Source: Candidatus Saccharimonadota bacterium
Lineage (GTDB): Bacteria > Patescibacteriota > Saccharimonadia > Saccharimonadales > SLHW01
Assembly: GCA_050486305.1 (NCBI GenBank)
Contig: JBJHDA010000002.1
Span: 10,659-74,658, forward strand
Reading direction: 5' to 3'
Length of the DNA stretch: 64,000 nucleotides
The position numbers were made by a program, and so were the translations under genes. The notes beneath the pieces are model-generated. The model had not been told where the DNA came from and searched no databases. It saw only the letters and a program-made list of their open reading frames with translations. Positions 33,372 through 43,434 of the stretch are shown here, piece after piece. The first letter of the stretch is position 1. Every line of letters starts with the position of its first letter.

Positions 33372-35027
33372 ATGGCAAAAAAAGTTTTTTATGATGAGGA
33401 CGCTCGGCGGCGAGTGCTTGCCGGAGCAGAAATTTTATACGACGCAGTAAAGACCACCATGGGGCCAAAAGGTCGCAACGCTGTCATAAGCAAGAGCTAT
33501 GGAAGCCCGACGGTTACGCACGATGGCGTGACAGTCGCTAAAGGCGTTGATATTGAAGATGTTGACGATGAAACGCTCGGCTACAAGGTAGGTGCGGAGT
33601 TAATTAAGCAAGCTGCCAGTAAAATGAATGATGTAGCAGGTGATGGTACGACGACCGTTACTGTGCTGACTTATCACATATTGTATGAGGCGAATAAACT
33701 GATCGCTGCCGGGCACAACCCGATGCAGCTTCGAAAAGGACTCGAAGCAGCTGCGCATAACGTCATTACAGAACTCGGCGGTCAAGCAGAAGATATCAAG
33801 GCAAACAAGAAGCGCGTGGCTGAGGTTGCAACGATTTCAGCTGGAGATAGCCAGATTGGTGAACTTATCGCTGACGTCATAGATAAGGTTGGTAAAGATG
33901 GTGTTGTTACCGTTGAAGAAGGCCAAGGACTTGAACTCGAGAGTGAAGTGGTAGAAGGCTTTACGTTCGATCGCGGCTTCGTGAGTCCGTACATGGCGAC
34001 AGATACGTCCCGTATGGAGGCCGTATATGACAAGCCGGCAATCGTGATTACCGATAAGAAAATCAGCTCGATCCAGGATATCTTGCCACTTCTTGAGAAG
34101 CTTGTACAGGCTGGCAAAAAAGATGTATTGCTCGTTGCGGAAGACGTTGAAGGTGATGCGCTTGCCAACCTTGTCCTGAACCGGCTGAAGGGAACGTTCA
34201 ACTGTGTAGCAGTAAAGGCGCCGGCATTCGGTGACCGCAGAAAAGACATTCTGCAAGATATTGCGATTTTGACAGGCGCAACGGTGATTAGCGAAGACCA
34301 GGGCCACAGCTTTGAAACAGCTGACATGGATATGGTCGGCTCATCCCGCAAGGTGATTGTAGATAAGGACGAGACGACTATTATCGAAGGAAGCGGTGAT
34401 GTATTAGAGCTGGATGCGCGAATCAAGCAGATTACTTCACAAGCTGAACAAGCGAGCAGCGAATATGACAAAGAGAATCTCGAAAAGCGCCGTGCTGCAC
34501 TATCCGGTAAAGTTGCAGTTATTAAGGTTGGCGGTGCGACCGAGACCGAAATTGAGGAAAAGAAGTTCCGAGTTGATGACGCTGTGGCAGCGGTAAAAGC
34601 CGCGCTCGATGAAGGTATCGTACCTGGCGGCGGTGTTACGCTGATAAACCTAGCAGCTACGATACAGGAAGATGCATCTGATACATCAGCAGCAGGCGCG
34701 CAACTTTTGAAGAACGCGCTCGAGCAGCCGTTTAGAATTTTGCTTGGCAACGCTGGCCTGAATGCTGACGAGTGGTTACCGCAAGTCAAGAAAGCAAAAG
34801 CAGGGCAGGGAGTTAACGTAAACGACCCAAGTAAGCTGGTAGACCTAAAAACCGCCGGTGTGGTTGACCCAGCACGGGTTACGAAAGAAGCGATCCAAAA
34901 CGCAGCATCAATTGCAGGAACTGCCATGACAATGGGCGCTCTTGTGGTTGAGGTGCCAGAAAAAGAACCGGCTGCACCAGCTGGCGGTGGCGGTATGCCA
35001 GGTATGGGCGGTATGGGCATGATGTAA
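33372..35027 (+). CDS. groEL: Chaperonin GroEL
   Basis: AKKVFYDEDARRRVLAGAEILYDAVKTTMGPKGRNAVI...AVKAPAFGDRRK...C-terminal GGGGMPGMGGMGMM. Confidence 0.95.
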   Translation: MAKKVFYDEDARRRVLAGAEILYDAVKTTMGPKGRNAVISKSYGSPTVTHDGVTVAKGVDIEDVDDETLGYKVGAELIKQAASKMNDVAGDGTTTVTVLTYHILYEANKLIAAGHNPMQLRKGLEAAAHNVITELGGQAEDIKANKKRVAEVATISAGDSQIGELIADVIDKVGKDGVVTVEEGQGLELESEVVEGFTFDRGFVSPYMATDTSRMEAVYDKPAIVITDKKISSIQDILPLLEKLVQAGKKDVLLVAEDVEGDALANLVLNRLKGTFNCVAVKAPAFGDRRKDILQDIAILTGATVISEDQGHSFETADMDMVGSSRKVIVDKDETTIIEGSGDVLELDARIKQITSQAEQASSEYDKENLEKRRAALSGKVAVIKVGGATETEIEEKKFRVDDAVAAVKAALDEGIVPGGGVTLINLAATIQEDASDTSAAGAQLLKNALEQPFRILLGNAGLNADEWLPQVKKAKAGQGVNVNDPSKLVDLKTAGVVDPARVTKEAIQNAASIAGTAMTMGALVVEVPEKEPAAPAGGGGMPGMGGMGMM

Positions 35028-35233
35028 GAATCATGAGAGGAGCCGGGCAATCGAATGAATCGGTCGCTCGGTCTGCTCTCCTCCCGTAGCGGTAAAAACA
35101 ACCGAGGAATGAATCCCCGGTTGTTTTTGATTTAAAATATTTTCATTGCACTAAAGCATAAGCTTTCATATGAGAAATATAAGTTGCTAATATTGCCATA
35201 TTGTAGTATTGTATTACTCAACAAGCAGGAGTT

Positions 35234-35650
35234 TTGAACATGGCATTATTTCGCAGAAAGAAAGATAACGACGTCCTTCCAGAAGAAGTGCAGGATTACT
35301 ACCGCGCTGAAGAGCGTGACCGTACGGGCAGGGCTTGGCTGTTTGCAGCCGGCGGGTTTGTTTTAACGGTAGCAGTAGTACTTGGATTGTTTTTTGCGGG
35401 TCGTTGGGCATACCAGGCAGTATTTAACGATAGGGACAATGGCACAATCACAGACGTTGATGATGCAAATGATAACGATAACGATGAAGAAGCTCCAGTA
35501 GACGAGAACGATGAGCAGCTCCCTGATTTCTTTAACGATGAAGACGATGCTGAAGAAGCAAACGATGAAGACGAAGCTGAGCCAAGCGAGCCAGAAACAC
35601 CTCGCACCGGCCCTGAATTACCACAAGCAGGCCCTTCTAGCGAAGAGTAG
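35234..35650 (+). CDS. Hypothetical membrane-anchored protein with highly acidic D/E/N-rich C-terminal tail
   Basis: TM helix is AWLFAAGGFVLTVAVVLGLFFAG. Tail is DDANDNDNDEEAPVDENDEQLPDFFNDEDDAEEANDEDEAEPSEPE. Confidence 0.45.
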   Translation: MNMALFRRKKDNDVLPEEVQDYYRAEERDRTGRAWLFAAGGFVLTVAVVLGLFFAGRWAYQAVFNDRDNGTITDVDDANDNDNDEEAPVDENDEQLPDFFNDEDDAEEANDEDEAEPSEPETPRTGPELPQAGPSSEE

Positions 35651-35670
35651 TCTTTAGTTTATAGATAATT

Positions 35671-35704
35671 AAAAATGCACCGGCATGAAAATCGGTGCAT
35701 TTTT
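35671..35704. terminator. Bidirectional rho-independent terminator
   Basis: aaaaatgcaccg-gcatgaaaat-cggtgcattttt is a perfect 12-bp palindrome arm including the A/T tracts. It sits between convergent genes. Confidence 0.75.
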
Positions 35705-35726
35705 AATAGCTGCCTACTAACAAATA

Positions 35727-36254
35727 TTAGCTTGGCTGTTCTGGTGGCTGTTCTTCTGAAGCGTCATCCTTCGTGAAGTAGTTTATTTCGTTAATTATGT
35801 CCAATAGAGCTTGAGCACGCACTTTGTCATCCTCAATCTGTCGAGCGGCATCGTACGCATCTTTCACGAGTGAGTGATTATCAGATGCTTGAATGATGCG
35901 CATGGTTGTATGAAACTTCTCTTCTGGTGATTGTTCAAGCTGACCAACGAGCGGACTTAATTGCTGGAGAGCTTGCTGTTTAATATTGAGTAACTCGTCA
36001 TCCTGGACGGGTGCAGCAGGAGGCTGAGGTTGACTAGTAGCCACGAGATTGTCGTCTGACGGTGCTGGGCTGTCAGCTGCTGGCTGTTCGTCAAAAACCG
36101 AATCATAGGCAGGCTTCGGCGGCGCAAAATCATGGTCGGCTGGCGGTGCTGCCGGGCTTTGTGATTGGCTGGCAGGGTCATTCGTGCCCTGGTCGTTTGT
36201 ACTCGTATCTTGACCTTGTTGTTGATTGTTTTGATCGTTTTGCTGATCGAACAT
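35727..36254 (-). CDS. Hypothetical protein with Gln/Pro-rich N-terminus and helical C-terminal domain
   Basis: ORF track. Confidence 0.35.
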   Translation of the reverse strand: MFDQQNDQNNQQQGQDTSTNDQGTNDPASQSQSPAAPPADHDFAPPKPAYDSVFDEQPAADSPAPSDDNLVATSQPQPPAAPVQDDELLNIKQQALQQLSPLVGQLEQSPEEKFHTTMRIIQASDNHSLVKDAYDAARQIEDDKVRAQALLDIINEINYFTKDDASEEQPPEQPS

Positions 36255-36331
36255 GCCACCCCCTATTGCTTTGGCTTTAGTATATAGTAGTTAGTAACAG
36301 TATAAACCATAAGCAAAAAAGGAGAAATGAT

Positions 36332-37381
36332 TTGTCTGTACTTGATGATGTAAAAATGATCCATCAGCGTGATAGCCAGGACGCGCTTGGCGTTGCCGAA
36401 AAGCAATGGCAGCAGATATCCTATGAGTTCGACACCGACGTCTCGGCGATTGACTTTGGTCGTGTTGAGAATATCGTATACGCGGGTATGGGCGGATCAG
36501 CGCTCGCGGCCTCACTCTTTACTTCGTGGCCGGAAAAAACGGTACCGTTTGAAATCGTTCGGACATATGACTTGCCACCGTACGTTAATGAAAAAACACT
36601 GGTAATTGCTGCTAGCTATTCTGGCAACACCGAAGAGACGGTTAGTGCGCTCCAGCAGGCGATAGACAAGAACTGTCAAATCATAACAATCAGCTCTGGC
36701 GGCAAGCTTGCAGAAATTGCCAGAGAAAAGAATTGTCCGTTATTTGAACTGCCAACTGGCTTTCAGCCACGTATGGCAGCCTTGTACGGGTTGAACGCAC
36801 TGGCCACCATGTTCGATAAAACGCCAATCGTTGCTGGAGAAGCCTTGCTTTCAACGTTTCGGTCAGCCTCAGATTTTATAAAACAGGCGGCCATAACGTT
36901 CCGGCCAGACGTGCCGACGACAGACAACCAGGCAAAACAGCTGGCGCTTGATCTTGCGGGCAGCTCCATCGTCATTTATGCCGGCCCAAAGCTGTTCCCA
37001 GCAGCGTATAAATGGAAGATCAGCTTTAATGAAAATGCTAAAAATGTAGCCTGGTGCAATGAGTACCCTGAGTTTAATCACAATGAGTTTTTAGGCTGGA
37101 CAAGCCATCCAGTACAAAAGCCCTATAAGGTGGTCAACTTGTTGGCCTCGACCGAGCACGAGCGGGTAGGAAAACGGTTCACGATTTCTGAGCGCTTGCT
37201 GTCCGGAAAGAAGCCGGCGGCGCAAACAGTCGAGGCAAACGGTAGTACCGTGCTCGAGCAGCTGCTTTGGACCGTACAGCTCGGTGATTTCGTGAGCCTT
37301 TACACTGCTTTATTAAACGGACTAGATCCGACGCCAGTCGATATCATCGAAAAACTAAAAAGCGAATTAGCAGCTAGCTAA
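36332..37381 (+). CDS. Bifunctional phosphoglucose/phosphomannose isomerase (SIS-domain PGI/PMI family); TTG start
   Basis: VYAGMGGSALAASLF...LVIAASYSGNTEETVSALQQA...ITISSGGKLAEIA. AAAGGAG lies 7 nt upstream of the TTG. Confidence 0.6.
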   Translation: MSVLDDVKMIHQRDSQDALGVAEKQWQQISYEFDTDVSAIDFGRVENIVYAGMGGSALAASLFTSWPEKTVPFEIVRTYDLPPYVNEKTLVIAASYSGNTEETVSALQQAIDKNCQIITISSGGKLAEIAREKNCPLFELPTGFQPRMAALYGLNALATMFDKTPIVAGEALLSTFRSASDFIKQAAITFRPDVPTTDNQAKQLALDLAGSSIVIYAGPKLFPAAYKWKISFNENAKNVAWCNEYPEFNHNEFLGWTSHPVQKPYKVVNLLASTEHERVGKRFTISERLLSGKKPAAQTVEANGSTVLEQLLWTVQLGDFVSLYTALLNGLDPTPVDIIEKLKSELAAS

Positions 37382-37905
37382 ATGGCGGATTTTTTGAGGC
37401 CGAGCAAGTAGCCAATATAGCTGACTAGGACATGAAGGCCGCCGTACAGTACGATCACCGTGAGTACTAGCGGCAGGGTCAGTACGCCATGCGCTACCGG
37501 GTAGGCTAAAGCGAGGCCGCCAAGTATATAGTCTGTCTGGTCAAACGGAATCCAGCTTTTTCCTGCTGGTACTCCGCGCTGGCGTTTAAAAAAACTAGCA
37601 ATCGCATCGCCGGCCAAGGCTCCAAAGCCAAGGCTAAGGCCGAGCAAGATCGCCTCACCGGCCGCACCAACGTAGGGCATGAATAGGTAGAACTGTAAGA
37701 GCGCAACCAGCCCGGCGCACAGCGTACCGAACAGTAGTCCGCGCCAGGTTTTATTCTTTCCGAACAACGGTTTACCACGCCACGTTACCCCCAGGTCAAT
37801 CGGGGTTTGCCAATGCCTAAGAACTGGCAAGCGAGCCGCAATTACCGGTGCCATATTTGCGATGCCGGCTGGCAAAAAGAACCAAAGCGCATCAAAAAAA
37901 ATCAT
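37378..37905 (-). CDS. CDP-archaeol-synthase-family (CarS/DUF46-like) integral-membrane cytidylyltransferase
   Basis: 175 aa polytopic protein. Carries LPAGIANMAPVIAARLP...PIDLGVTWRGKPLFGKNKTWRGLLFGTL and FFKRQRGVPAGKSWIPFDQTD, recalled CarS family hallmarks. Its start overlaps the PHP gene stop (ATGA). Confidence 0.5.
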   Translation of the reverse strand: MIFFDALWFFLPAGIANMAPVIAARLPVLRHWQTPIDLGVTWRGKPLFGKNKTWRGLLFGTLCAGLVALLQFYLFMPYVGAAGEAILLGLSLGFGALAGDAIASFFKRQRGVPAGKSWIPFDQTDYILGGLALAYPVAHGVLTLPLVLTVIVLYGGLHVLVSYIGYLLGLKKSAI

Positions 37906-38555
37906 TTCCGAAGAACCTTCTTTTTCATTCGATGGAAGCTCGGATATAACAGAGAAACGAATTGTGGCCTATCTACGATTAACTTCGCGGTTTTTATGAG
38001 ATGCGGCAAAGTTTCTTTGTTTGGGATATCAGAGAGGAGTGTGTAGGTACGGCCAAGTCCGCGGATACCGTGAGCGTCACTGCTTGCCGCGCCTGGGATG
38101 TGGTGTAGTCTTGCCCAGACGACAGCTTGCTGAGAACGATTTTGTATAAACGCTCGGCCGTTGCAAGTTTCTATTATGTCTATCATATCTATCAGCTCTT
38201 CCAGCAAAGAGGGACTAAGACCTTTTCTAATGGTTTCAAACGGATGCGGAATATAAACAAGCCCGTCTTGCTCTTTTATAAGGTGCATCGTTTTTTTAGC
38301 AGACAGCCCTTCCGGTACCGGCTTGCTGAGAAACAGCCCAACAACTTCACCTTCTGCGGCCATTATTTCCTCGCCGATTATTATTTTTTGCCCGAGTTCA
38401 TCGTGGAGTGCTTGCGCTGTTCTGATTGTGCCGTGATCTGTAATTGCGACACAGTCTAGTACGCCGTCTGCCAAAAGTGTCCTGTATTGATCAGGAGATA
38501 TCCCGCCATCATGAGATGCGGTTGAGTGGGTATGGAAGTCAACTTTCTTGTGCAT
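37902..38555 (-). CDS. PHP-domain phosphoesterase
   Basis: MHKKVDFHTHSTASHDGGISPDQY...DCVAITDHGTI...ASSDAHG are metal-binding histidine/aspartate motifs of the PHP family. Confidence 0.7.
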   Translation of the reverse strand: MHKKVDFHTHSTASHDGGISPDQYRTLLADGVLDCVAITDHGTIRTAQALHDELGQKIIIGEEIMAAEGEVVGLFLSKPVPEGLSAKKTMHLIKEQDGLVYIPHPFETIRKGLSPSLLEELIDMIDIIETCNGRAFIQNRSQQAVVWARLHHIPGAASSDAHGIRGLGRTYTLLSDIPNKETLPHLIKTAKLIVDRPQFVSLLYPSFHRMKKKVLRK

Positions 38556-39187
38556 TACCGCCCGATCTTTTTTTGAATCCGTAGCAATCTGGAAAACGCG
38601 GTATAGGTGGACAATGCAGTGACAGCGATGACAGCAAGCAGTAGTTGATGGGTAAGCAAACCAATGATGATAAAGGCAATTCTGACCTCAAAGCGCATTA
38701 ATCCGTCAGCGAAAAGCGCGTTGATTTCGGCATGGGAAAAAGCTTGGTTCTGAACGGCAGTCTCACCCTTTGCCTTTACGTAGCTGACGCAAAGACTGGC
38801 GCCACAAGCGGCTACTGCCCAGACTGCGCCGATTGGTTCACCGATAGCAACGAGCGCGTAAGCGGCGCCGATATAAATGAACACTTCTTTAATGCGGTCT
38901 GTACTGGCATCCAGGAGCATGCCTGCTGCAGAGGCGCGATTTTGGACGCGGGCGAGAGCGCCGTCCAGCGCATCAAATAAGCCAAATATGACGAGCAGCC
39001 CGGCAGCCCAGTAAAAACTTTGCGTTGCGATTAGGAGTGCGACGGGGACGTGCATCAACAGGCCGATGTAGGTAATGACGTCCGGGTGAAGCTTACCGTT
39101 GCTGCTCCGATCGAGCGTTTTCGCTAATCGGTCCATATGTTTTCGGACCCAGCTTCGGGCTGCATCGAGTGGTTTTGCCAAGTTCAT
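38555..39187 (-). CDS. CDP-alcohol phosphatidyltransferase family protein
   Basis: Signature DGALARVQNRASAAGMLLDASTDRIKE matches D-G-x2-A-R-x8-G-x3-D-x3-D. Multiple TM helices. Its stop overlaps the PHP gene start by 1 nt. Confidence 0.75.
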   Translation of the reverse strand: MNLAKPLDAARSWVRKHMDRLAKTLDRSSNGKLHPDVITYIGLLMHVPVALLIATQSFYWAAGLLVIFGLFDALDGALARVQNRASAAGMLLDASTDRIKEVFIYIGAAYALVAIGEPIGAVWAVAACGASLCVSYVKAKGETAVQNQAFSHAEINALFADGLMRFEVRIAFIIIGLLTHQLLLAVIAVTALSTYTAFSRLLRIQKKIGR

Positions 39188-39220
39188 TGCTTTTAGTATA
39201 TATGCGTCTTAAAAATATAG

Positions 39221-39778
39221 TTAGTTTTGTAGTTTGTTGGCAATTGAGGTGAGCTCTTGACACAATCCATCGAGCGACTTATTGGTTTTCTCTTCTGCTG
39301 CAGTGCCGTTTTCATCGATTGCGCTCTTCACGTGCCCGATATGGACTGCTTTTGGCAGTGGTAACAGCTTGACTCCTTGGCTCATGAGCCGCAACTGTTC
39401 GGTTGCTCGTGCACCACCAATCGGCCCAGAACTGTAGCTGATGATACTGAGCGGCTTATAGTGCCACCCTTCCCAGCCATAATCGATCGCGTTCTTTAGC
39501 GTTGCTGGCGGGCCGTGATTATACTCACACGTTACAAATATAAAACCGTCAGCTGTTTCTAACTGCTCGTTCCAAGCTTTGCCTTCCGGGTGATTAAACC
39601 TTCCGTTTAAGTCGCCCACTGAGGCCGGTTCGTCATAAAACGGCAAATGAACGTCGCGAAGATCGACGATTTCATACGTTGCATCGTTGCGCTGTTTGAG
39701 CTGAGTCTGCAGCCATACTTTCACCCGATCTGCACTCCGGTTAATGCGGGTGCTTCCAATAATTACTAAAATTTTCAT
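39221..39778 (-). CDS. NAD(P)H-dependent FMN reductase / flavodoxin-like fold oxidoreductase
   Basis: MKILVIIGSTRINRSADRVKVWL...GFIFVTCEYNHGPPATLKNAIDY. Confidence 0.7.
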   Translation of the reverse strand: MKILVIIGSTRINRSADRVKVWLQTQLKQRNDATYEIVDLRDVHLPFYDEPASVGDLNGRFNHPEGKAWNEQLETADGFIFVTCEYNHGPPATLKNAIDYGWEGWHYKPLSIISYSSGPIGGARATEQLRLMSQGVKLLPLPKAVHIGHVKSAIDENGTAAEEKTNKSLDGLCQELTSIANKLQN

Positions 39779-39879
39779 GTAACCTCCCTCGGCTCTACCT
39801 CCAGCCTAACATCTTGGTGCGTAATCAGAAAAACACCGGGTACTCCAGTAAGGAGCTGGTATACTTATAGGCAAGTATT

Positions 39880-41523
39880 ATGCATGAACTTCAGGCTCAT
39901 ATCAGTGAGGTGTGCCAGCGTTTATTCGCCGATGCGGCGGACGTTGAGCTTCAGATTCCAGAAAAAGAATTCGGCGACTTTACGACGAACATCGCGATGC
40001 AGCTGGCAGGACGGCTGCAAAAAAACCCTCGCGATATCGCAGGAGCGATTGTAAACGAACTCAATCATCCGGCTGTTGCTTCTGCGGAAATCGCCGGACC
40101 GGGCTTTATTAATATCAGGCTTACTGATGAGGCTTTGGTCAGCAGTATAGAAACGGAGCCAACACAAGCAACGCTCCAGAAAAACACGGTCGTTATCGAG
40201 ACGAACAACCCTAACCCGTTTAAGGCAATGCATATCGGCCACGCCTACAATGCGATTATTGCCGATGGTATTGCCAATATATTAGAGCGTGCTCAGGCGC
40301 AGGTGCACCGCGTTAGCTACCACGGTGATGTTGGCGCTCATGTCGGCAAAAGCATGTACAGCTTACTTCGGTATGTTGGCGGAAATCCAGCTAAGCTCGA
40401 TGAGATTCCGGCTTCGGAGCGTAATAGCTTCATGTCAAAGATGTATGCTGAGGGCGCAAACGCGTACAAAGAAAATGAGACAGCAAAAGCGGAGATAGAT
40501 GCGTTAGCGCAGCAGTCTTTCGTGCTTGATGATCCGGTTTATAAGCAGGTGTATGAAACGTGCAAGGCGTGGAGCTTCGCTGACATCGACACATTAGTTG
40601 AGCGGCTTGGTAATCAACCAGTAGAAAAGCGATACCTGGAGAGCGAGGCGGATAAGCTCGGCGTTGAGACCGTGCAGGCTAACGTCGGTACCGTTTTTGT
40701 AGAGAGTGAAGGTGCGCTAATCTTTCCTGGCGAAAAATATGGCGTGTTTGATAATGCATTCGTTTCATCAAAGGGAAGAGGCCTGTATGGTGCGCGCGAT
40801 CTCGGGCTTATACAGTTGAAAGCTCAGGATTTTCATCCGGATAAAAGCTATATCGTGACAGCACACGAGCAAAAAGATTACTTCCGGGGAGTATTAAAGG
40901 CTGCCGAGCTCTGTTTCCCTGAGCAAAAAGACGTTACGATAAATATTTCTACCGGTACGGTTACCCTGTCAACCGGCAAGATGAGTTCACGAACAGGTGA
41001 TGTCATAGAGGTTCGCTGGTTGTTTGATCAAATCGAGTCAGCGCTCACGGAACAGGGCGGCTCGGCTACTGAAGCCGTAGTGCGAGGCGCCATCCGATAC
41101 CAATTTTTACGACACCGGGTGAGCAGCGACATAGTGTTTGATGTAAACGAATCAATTAACACGCACGGGAATTCCGGTCCGTATCTACAATATGCTCATG
41201 CCCGTGCACGGTCTATCTTAGCGAAATCAAAATTACTTGCGGGCGCAAGTAATTTTGCGCAGCTAACTGATAGCGAACGTGAATTGCTGCGTAAAATCAG
41301 CCATTATCCATACCATCTTGCTAAAGCCAGCACAGAACTCGCGCCGCACATAGTTTGTACCTACCTGTATGAGCTCGCACAAACGTTCAACCGGTTTTAC
41401 GAGAGCAGCCGGGTAATCGGTGATGAACGCGAAGCAACCAGAGCCCAAATTGTTAAGCTGTATGCAGATGTACTTAAGGACGGCCTGGAGCTTCTTGGTA
41501 TCCCGGCGCTGGAGGAGATGTAA
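39880..41523 (+). CDS. argS: Arginine--tRNA ligase
   Basis: HIGH motif (NPNPFKAMHIGHAYNAII). C-terminal DALR anticodon-binding domain (PHIVCTYLYELAQTFNRFYE). Confidence 0.85.
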   Translation: MHELQAHISEVCQRLFADAADVELQIPEKEFGDFTTNIAMQLAGRLQKNPRDIAGAIVNELNHPAVASAEIAGPGFINIRLTDEALVSSIETEPTQATLQKNTVVIETNNPNPFKAMHIGHAYNAIIADGIANILERAQAQVHRVSYHGDVGAHVGKSMYSLLRYVGGNPAKLDEIPASERNSFMSKMYAEGANAYKENETAKAEIDALAQQSFVLDDPVYKQVYETCKAWSFADIDTLVERLGNQPVEKRYLESEADKLGVETVQANVGTVFVESEGALIFPGEKYGVFDNAFVSSKGRGLYGARDLGLIQLKAQDFHPDKSYIVTAHEQKDYFRGVLKAAELCFPEQKDVTINISTGTVTLSTGKMSSRTGDVIEVRWLFDQIESALTEQGGSATEAVVRGAIRYQFLRHRVSSDIVFDVNESINTHGNSGPYLQYAHARARSILAKSKLLAGASNFAQLTDSERELLRKISHYPYHLAKASTELAPHIVCTYLYELAQTFNRFYESSRVIGDEREATRAQIVKLYADVLKDGLELLGIPALEEM

Positions 41524-42137
41524 TGTCGCGCAAGCCTGTATCTGACGAAGCGGTACAAAAATCAACAGGAAAGACACTAAACGAGTGGTTTTTACTGCTC
41601 GATAAGCACAACGCAAAAGACTGGTCACACAAGCAGATCGCTGACTGGCTCATTAATGAAAATCATATAAAAAACGGCTGGTGGGCACAGACCGTCACTG
41701 TCGAGTATGAGCTTCACCACGGCAAGCGTGTCGTCGGCCAAACCAAAGATGCCGGGTTCCAGATAGGGGTGCAAAAAACGATTCCGATCAATGCGGCAGT
41801 GTTATGGGACATATTGACCAGTGGTCATGGATTGAGTCTTTGGCTGGGCAAAGATGCCTCGCTAACCTTAGAAAAAGCCGGAAAAGCTTCTTCTGTTGAC
41901 TGGACGGGGGAAGTACGGAGCATAGATCCAGAAAAGAAATTGCGGCTCCGGTTGCAACAGCCGAACCGTCCGGCTTCAACGCTCCAGCTGTATTTCATGC
42001 CTTCTGGCGATGAAAAGACATCACTCCGTTTTCACCACGAAAAACTACAAGATCAAGAAGATAGGGCTACTATGAAGCTTCACTGGCAGCAGGCGCTCAA
42101 TAGCATTCATGCCTATGTTACGAACGGAAAGCCATGA
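41523..42137 (+). CDS. Hypothetical protein (DUF4287-like N-terminus), translationally coupled to argS
   Basis: The ATG overlaps the argS TAA (TAATG). N-terminal segment is KTLNEWFLLLDKHNAKDWSHKQIADWL. Confidence 0.35.
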   Translation: MSRKPVSDEAVQKSTGKTLNEWFLLLDKHNAKDWSHKQIADWLINENHIKNGWWAQTVTVEYELHHGKRVVGQTKDAGFQIGVQKTIPINAAVLWDILTSGHGLSLWLGKDASLTLEKAGKASSVDWTGEVRSIDPEKKLRLRLQQPNRPASTLQLYFMPSGDEKTSLRFHHEKLQDQEDRATMKLHWQQALNSIHAYVTNGKP

Positions 42138-42191
42138 AGCAGATGCATAAAATTAACGTCACGTATAAGTAAACACCAAGGAGGAAGTACT

Positions 42192-43394
42192 ATGTTAAAA
42201 ACAGCCCAGGAATTCATAAAGCGAGCCGGCAGGGAAATCGGCTTATCGGATGAGCAGATCGACAAATTTTTGCAGGCGGACCATGAACATCAGTTTGACA
42301 TTTCTCTCAGCGACAATACGTACAAAGCCTACCGGGTACAGCACAACAACCAGCGCGGTCCGTACAAGGGAGGGATTCGCTTTCATCCGGAGGTCGACTT
42401 AGATGAGGTACGGGCACTCGCCACCCTTATGTCGGTAAAGAACGCGGCCGTCGGCTTACCGTTGGGTGGCGGTAAGGGCGGTGTGGCCGTGAACCCGAAA
42501 GAGCTTAGCAAGCACGAGCTAGAGGAGCTGTCCAGGGAGTATGTGCGAGGGCTCAAGGATTACATCGGCCCCGACACTGATGTACCGGCCCCGGACGTGA
42601 ACACCAACGCTCAGATAATTGACTGGATGGTAGACGAGTACGAAAAGCTCACCGGCGACAAAACAAAAGCTAGCTTTACCGGAAAATCAATAAAAAACGG
42701 CGGCTCAGAGGGTCGTGAGGCAGCAACTGGCTACGGTGGCGCCAGCGTACTGAGTGAGGTGCTGAAACAATACGGCGAAGATACGGCTGACCTAACGTAT
42801 GCAATTCAAGGGGTTGGAAACGTCGGGTCGTTCTTTATGAAACGCGAGGAAGAGCTATTGCCGAATTTGCAGCTCGTCGGTGCTTCTGATTCAAGCGCTG
42901 GCATTAGCTCGGGCTTTGGATTAAGCCCAAGTGAGCTGATTGCTTATCGTGCGGAAGGCAAGAAGTTTATTGATTACAAAAGCGAAGATACTGTCCAGCT
43001 TGCGAACGGTGAGCTGTTAACCGAAGAAGTTGACGTGCTCGTCTTAGCGGCGCTGGGCGGAGTTATCAATAAAGACAATATGAAAGACGTAAAGGCAAAA
43101 TATATACTGGAGCTCGCTAACGGCCCGCTGACGCTCGAGGCACACGACTATCTCACTAAGCAGGGCGTGACGATCATCCCGGATATAATTGCGAACGCAG
43201 GCGGTGTGGCCGCAAGCTTACTGGAGTGGCAGCAGAACAGAGCTGGTGAGCACTGGGACGAGGCTGATGTGCTGAAAAAATTAGAGGAGTATCTACGGAC
43301 AGCAGTAGATGAAGTAACGACGGTTGCCGATAAACACGATGTCTGCATGAAAGAGGCAGCGTTCATCACTGCCCTGAAGCGCCTGAGTGAATAA
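42192..43394 (+). CDS. Glu/Leu/Phe/Val dehydrogenase family protein (glutamate dehydrogenase-like)
   Basis: YKGGIRFHPEVDLDEVRALATLMSVKNAAVGLPLGGGKGGV, plus a Rossmann segment IQGVGNVGS. Confidence 0.8.
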   Translation: MLKTAQEFIKRAGREIGLSDEQIDKFLQADHEHQFDISLSDNTYKAYRVQHNNQRGPYKGGIRFHPEVDLDEVRALATLMSVKNAAVGLPLGGGKGGVAVNPKELSKHELEELSREYVRGLKDYIGPDTDVPAPDVNTNAQIIDWMVDEYEKLTGDKTKASFTGKSIKNGGSEGREAATGYGGASVLSEVLKQYGEDTADLTYAIQGVGNVGSFFMKREEELLPNLQLVGASDSSAGISSGFGLSPSELIAYRAEGKKFIDYKSEDTVQLANGELLTEEVDVLVLAALGGVINKDNMKDVKAKYILELANGPLTLEAHDYLTKQGVTIIPDIIANAGGVAASLLEWQQNRAGEHWDEADVLKKLEEYLRTAVDEVTTVADKHDVCMKEAAFITALKRLSE

Positions 43395-43434
43395 GCCCAT
43401 CCTGCTACAATGAAGGGTAAGTGAAGGAGAGGCT

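Noticed and set aside
33782-35101. 439-aa minus-strand ORF, Ser/Ala/Thr-rich, entirely inside groEL
   Set aside because: It is antisense to a highly conserved GroEL coding region. Its composition is the mirror of the sense-strand codon bias, and it lacks any start context. It is an antisense artefact.
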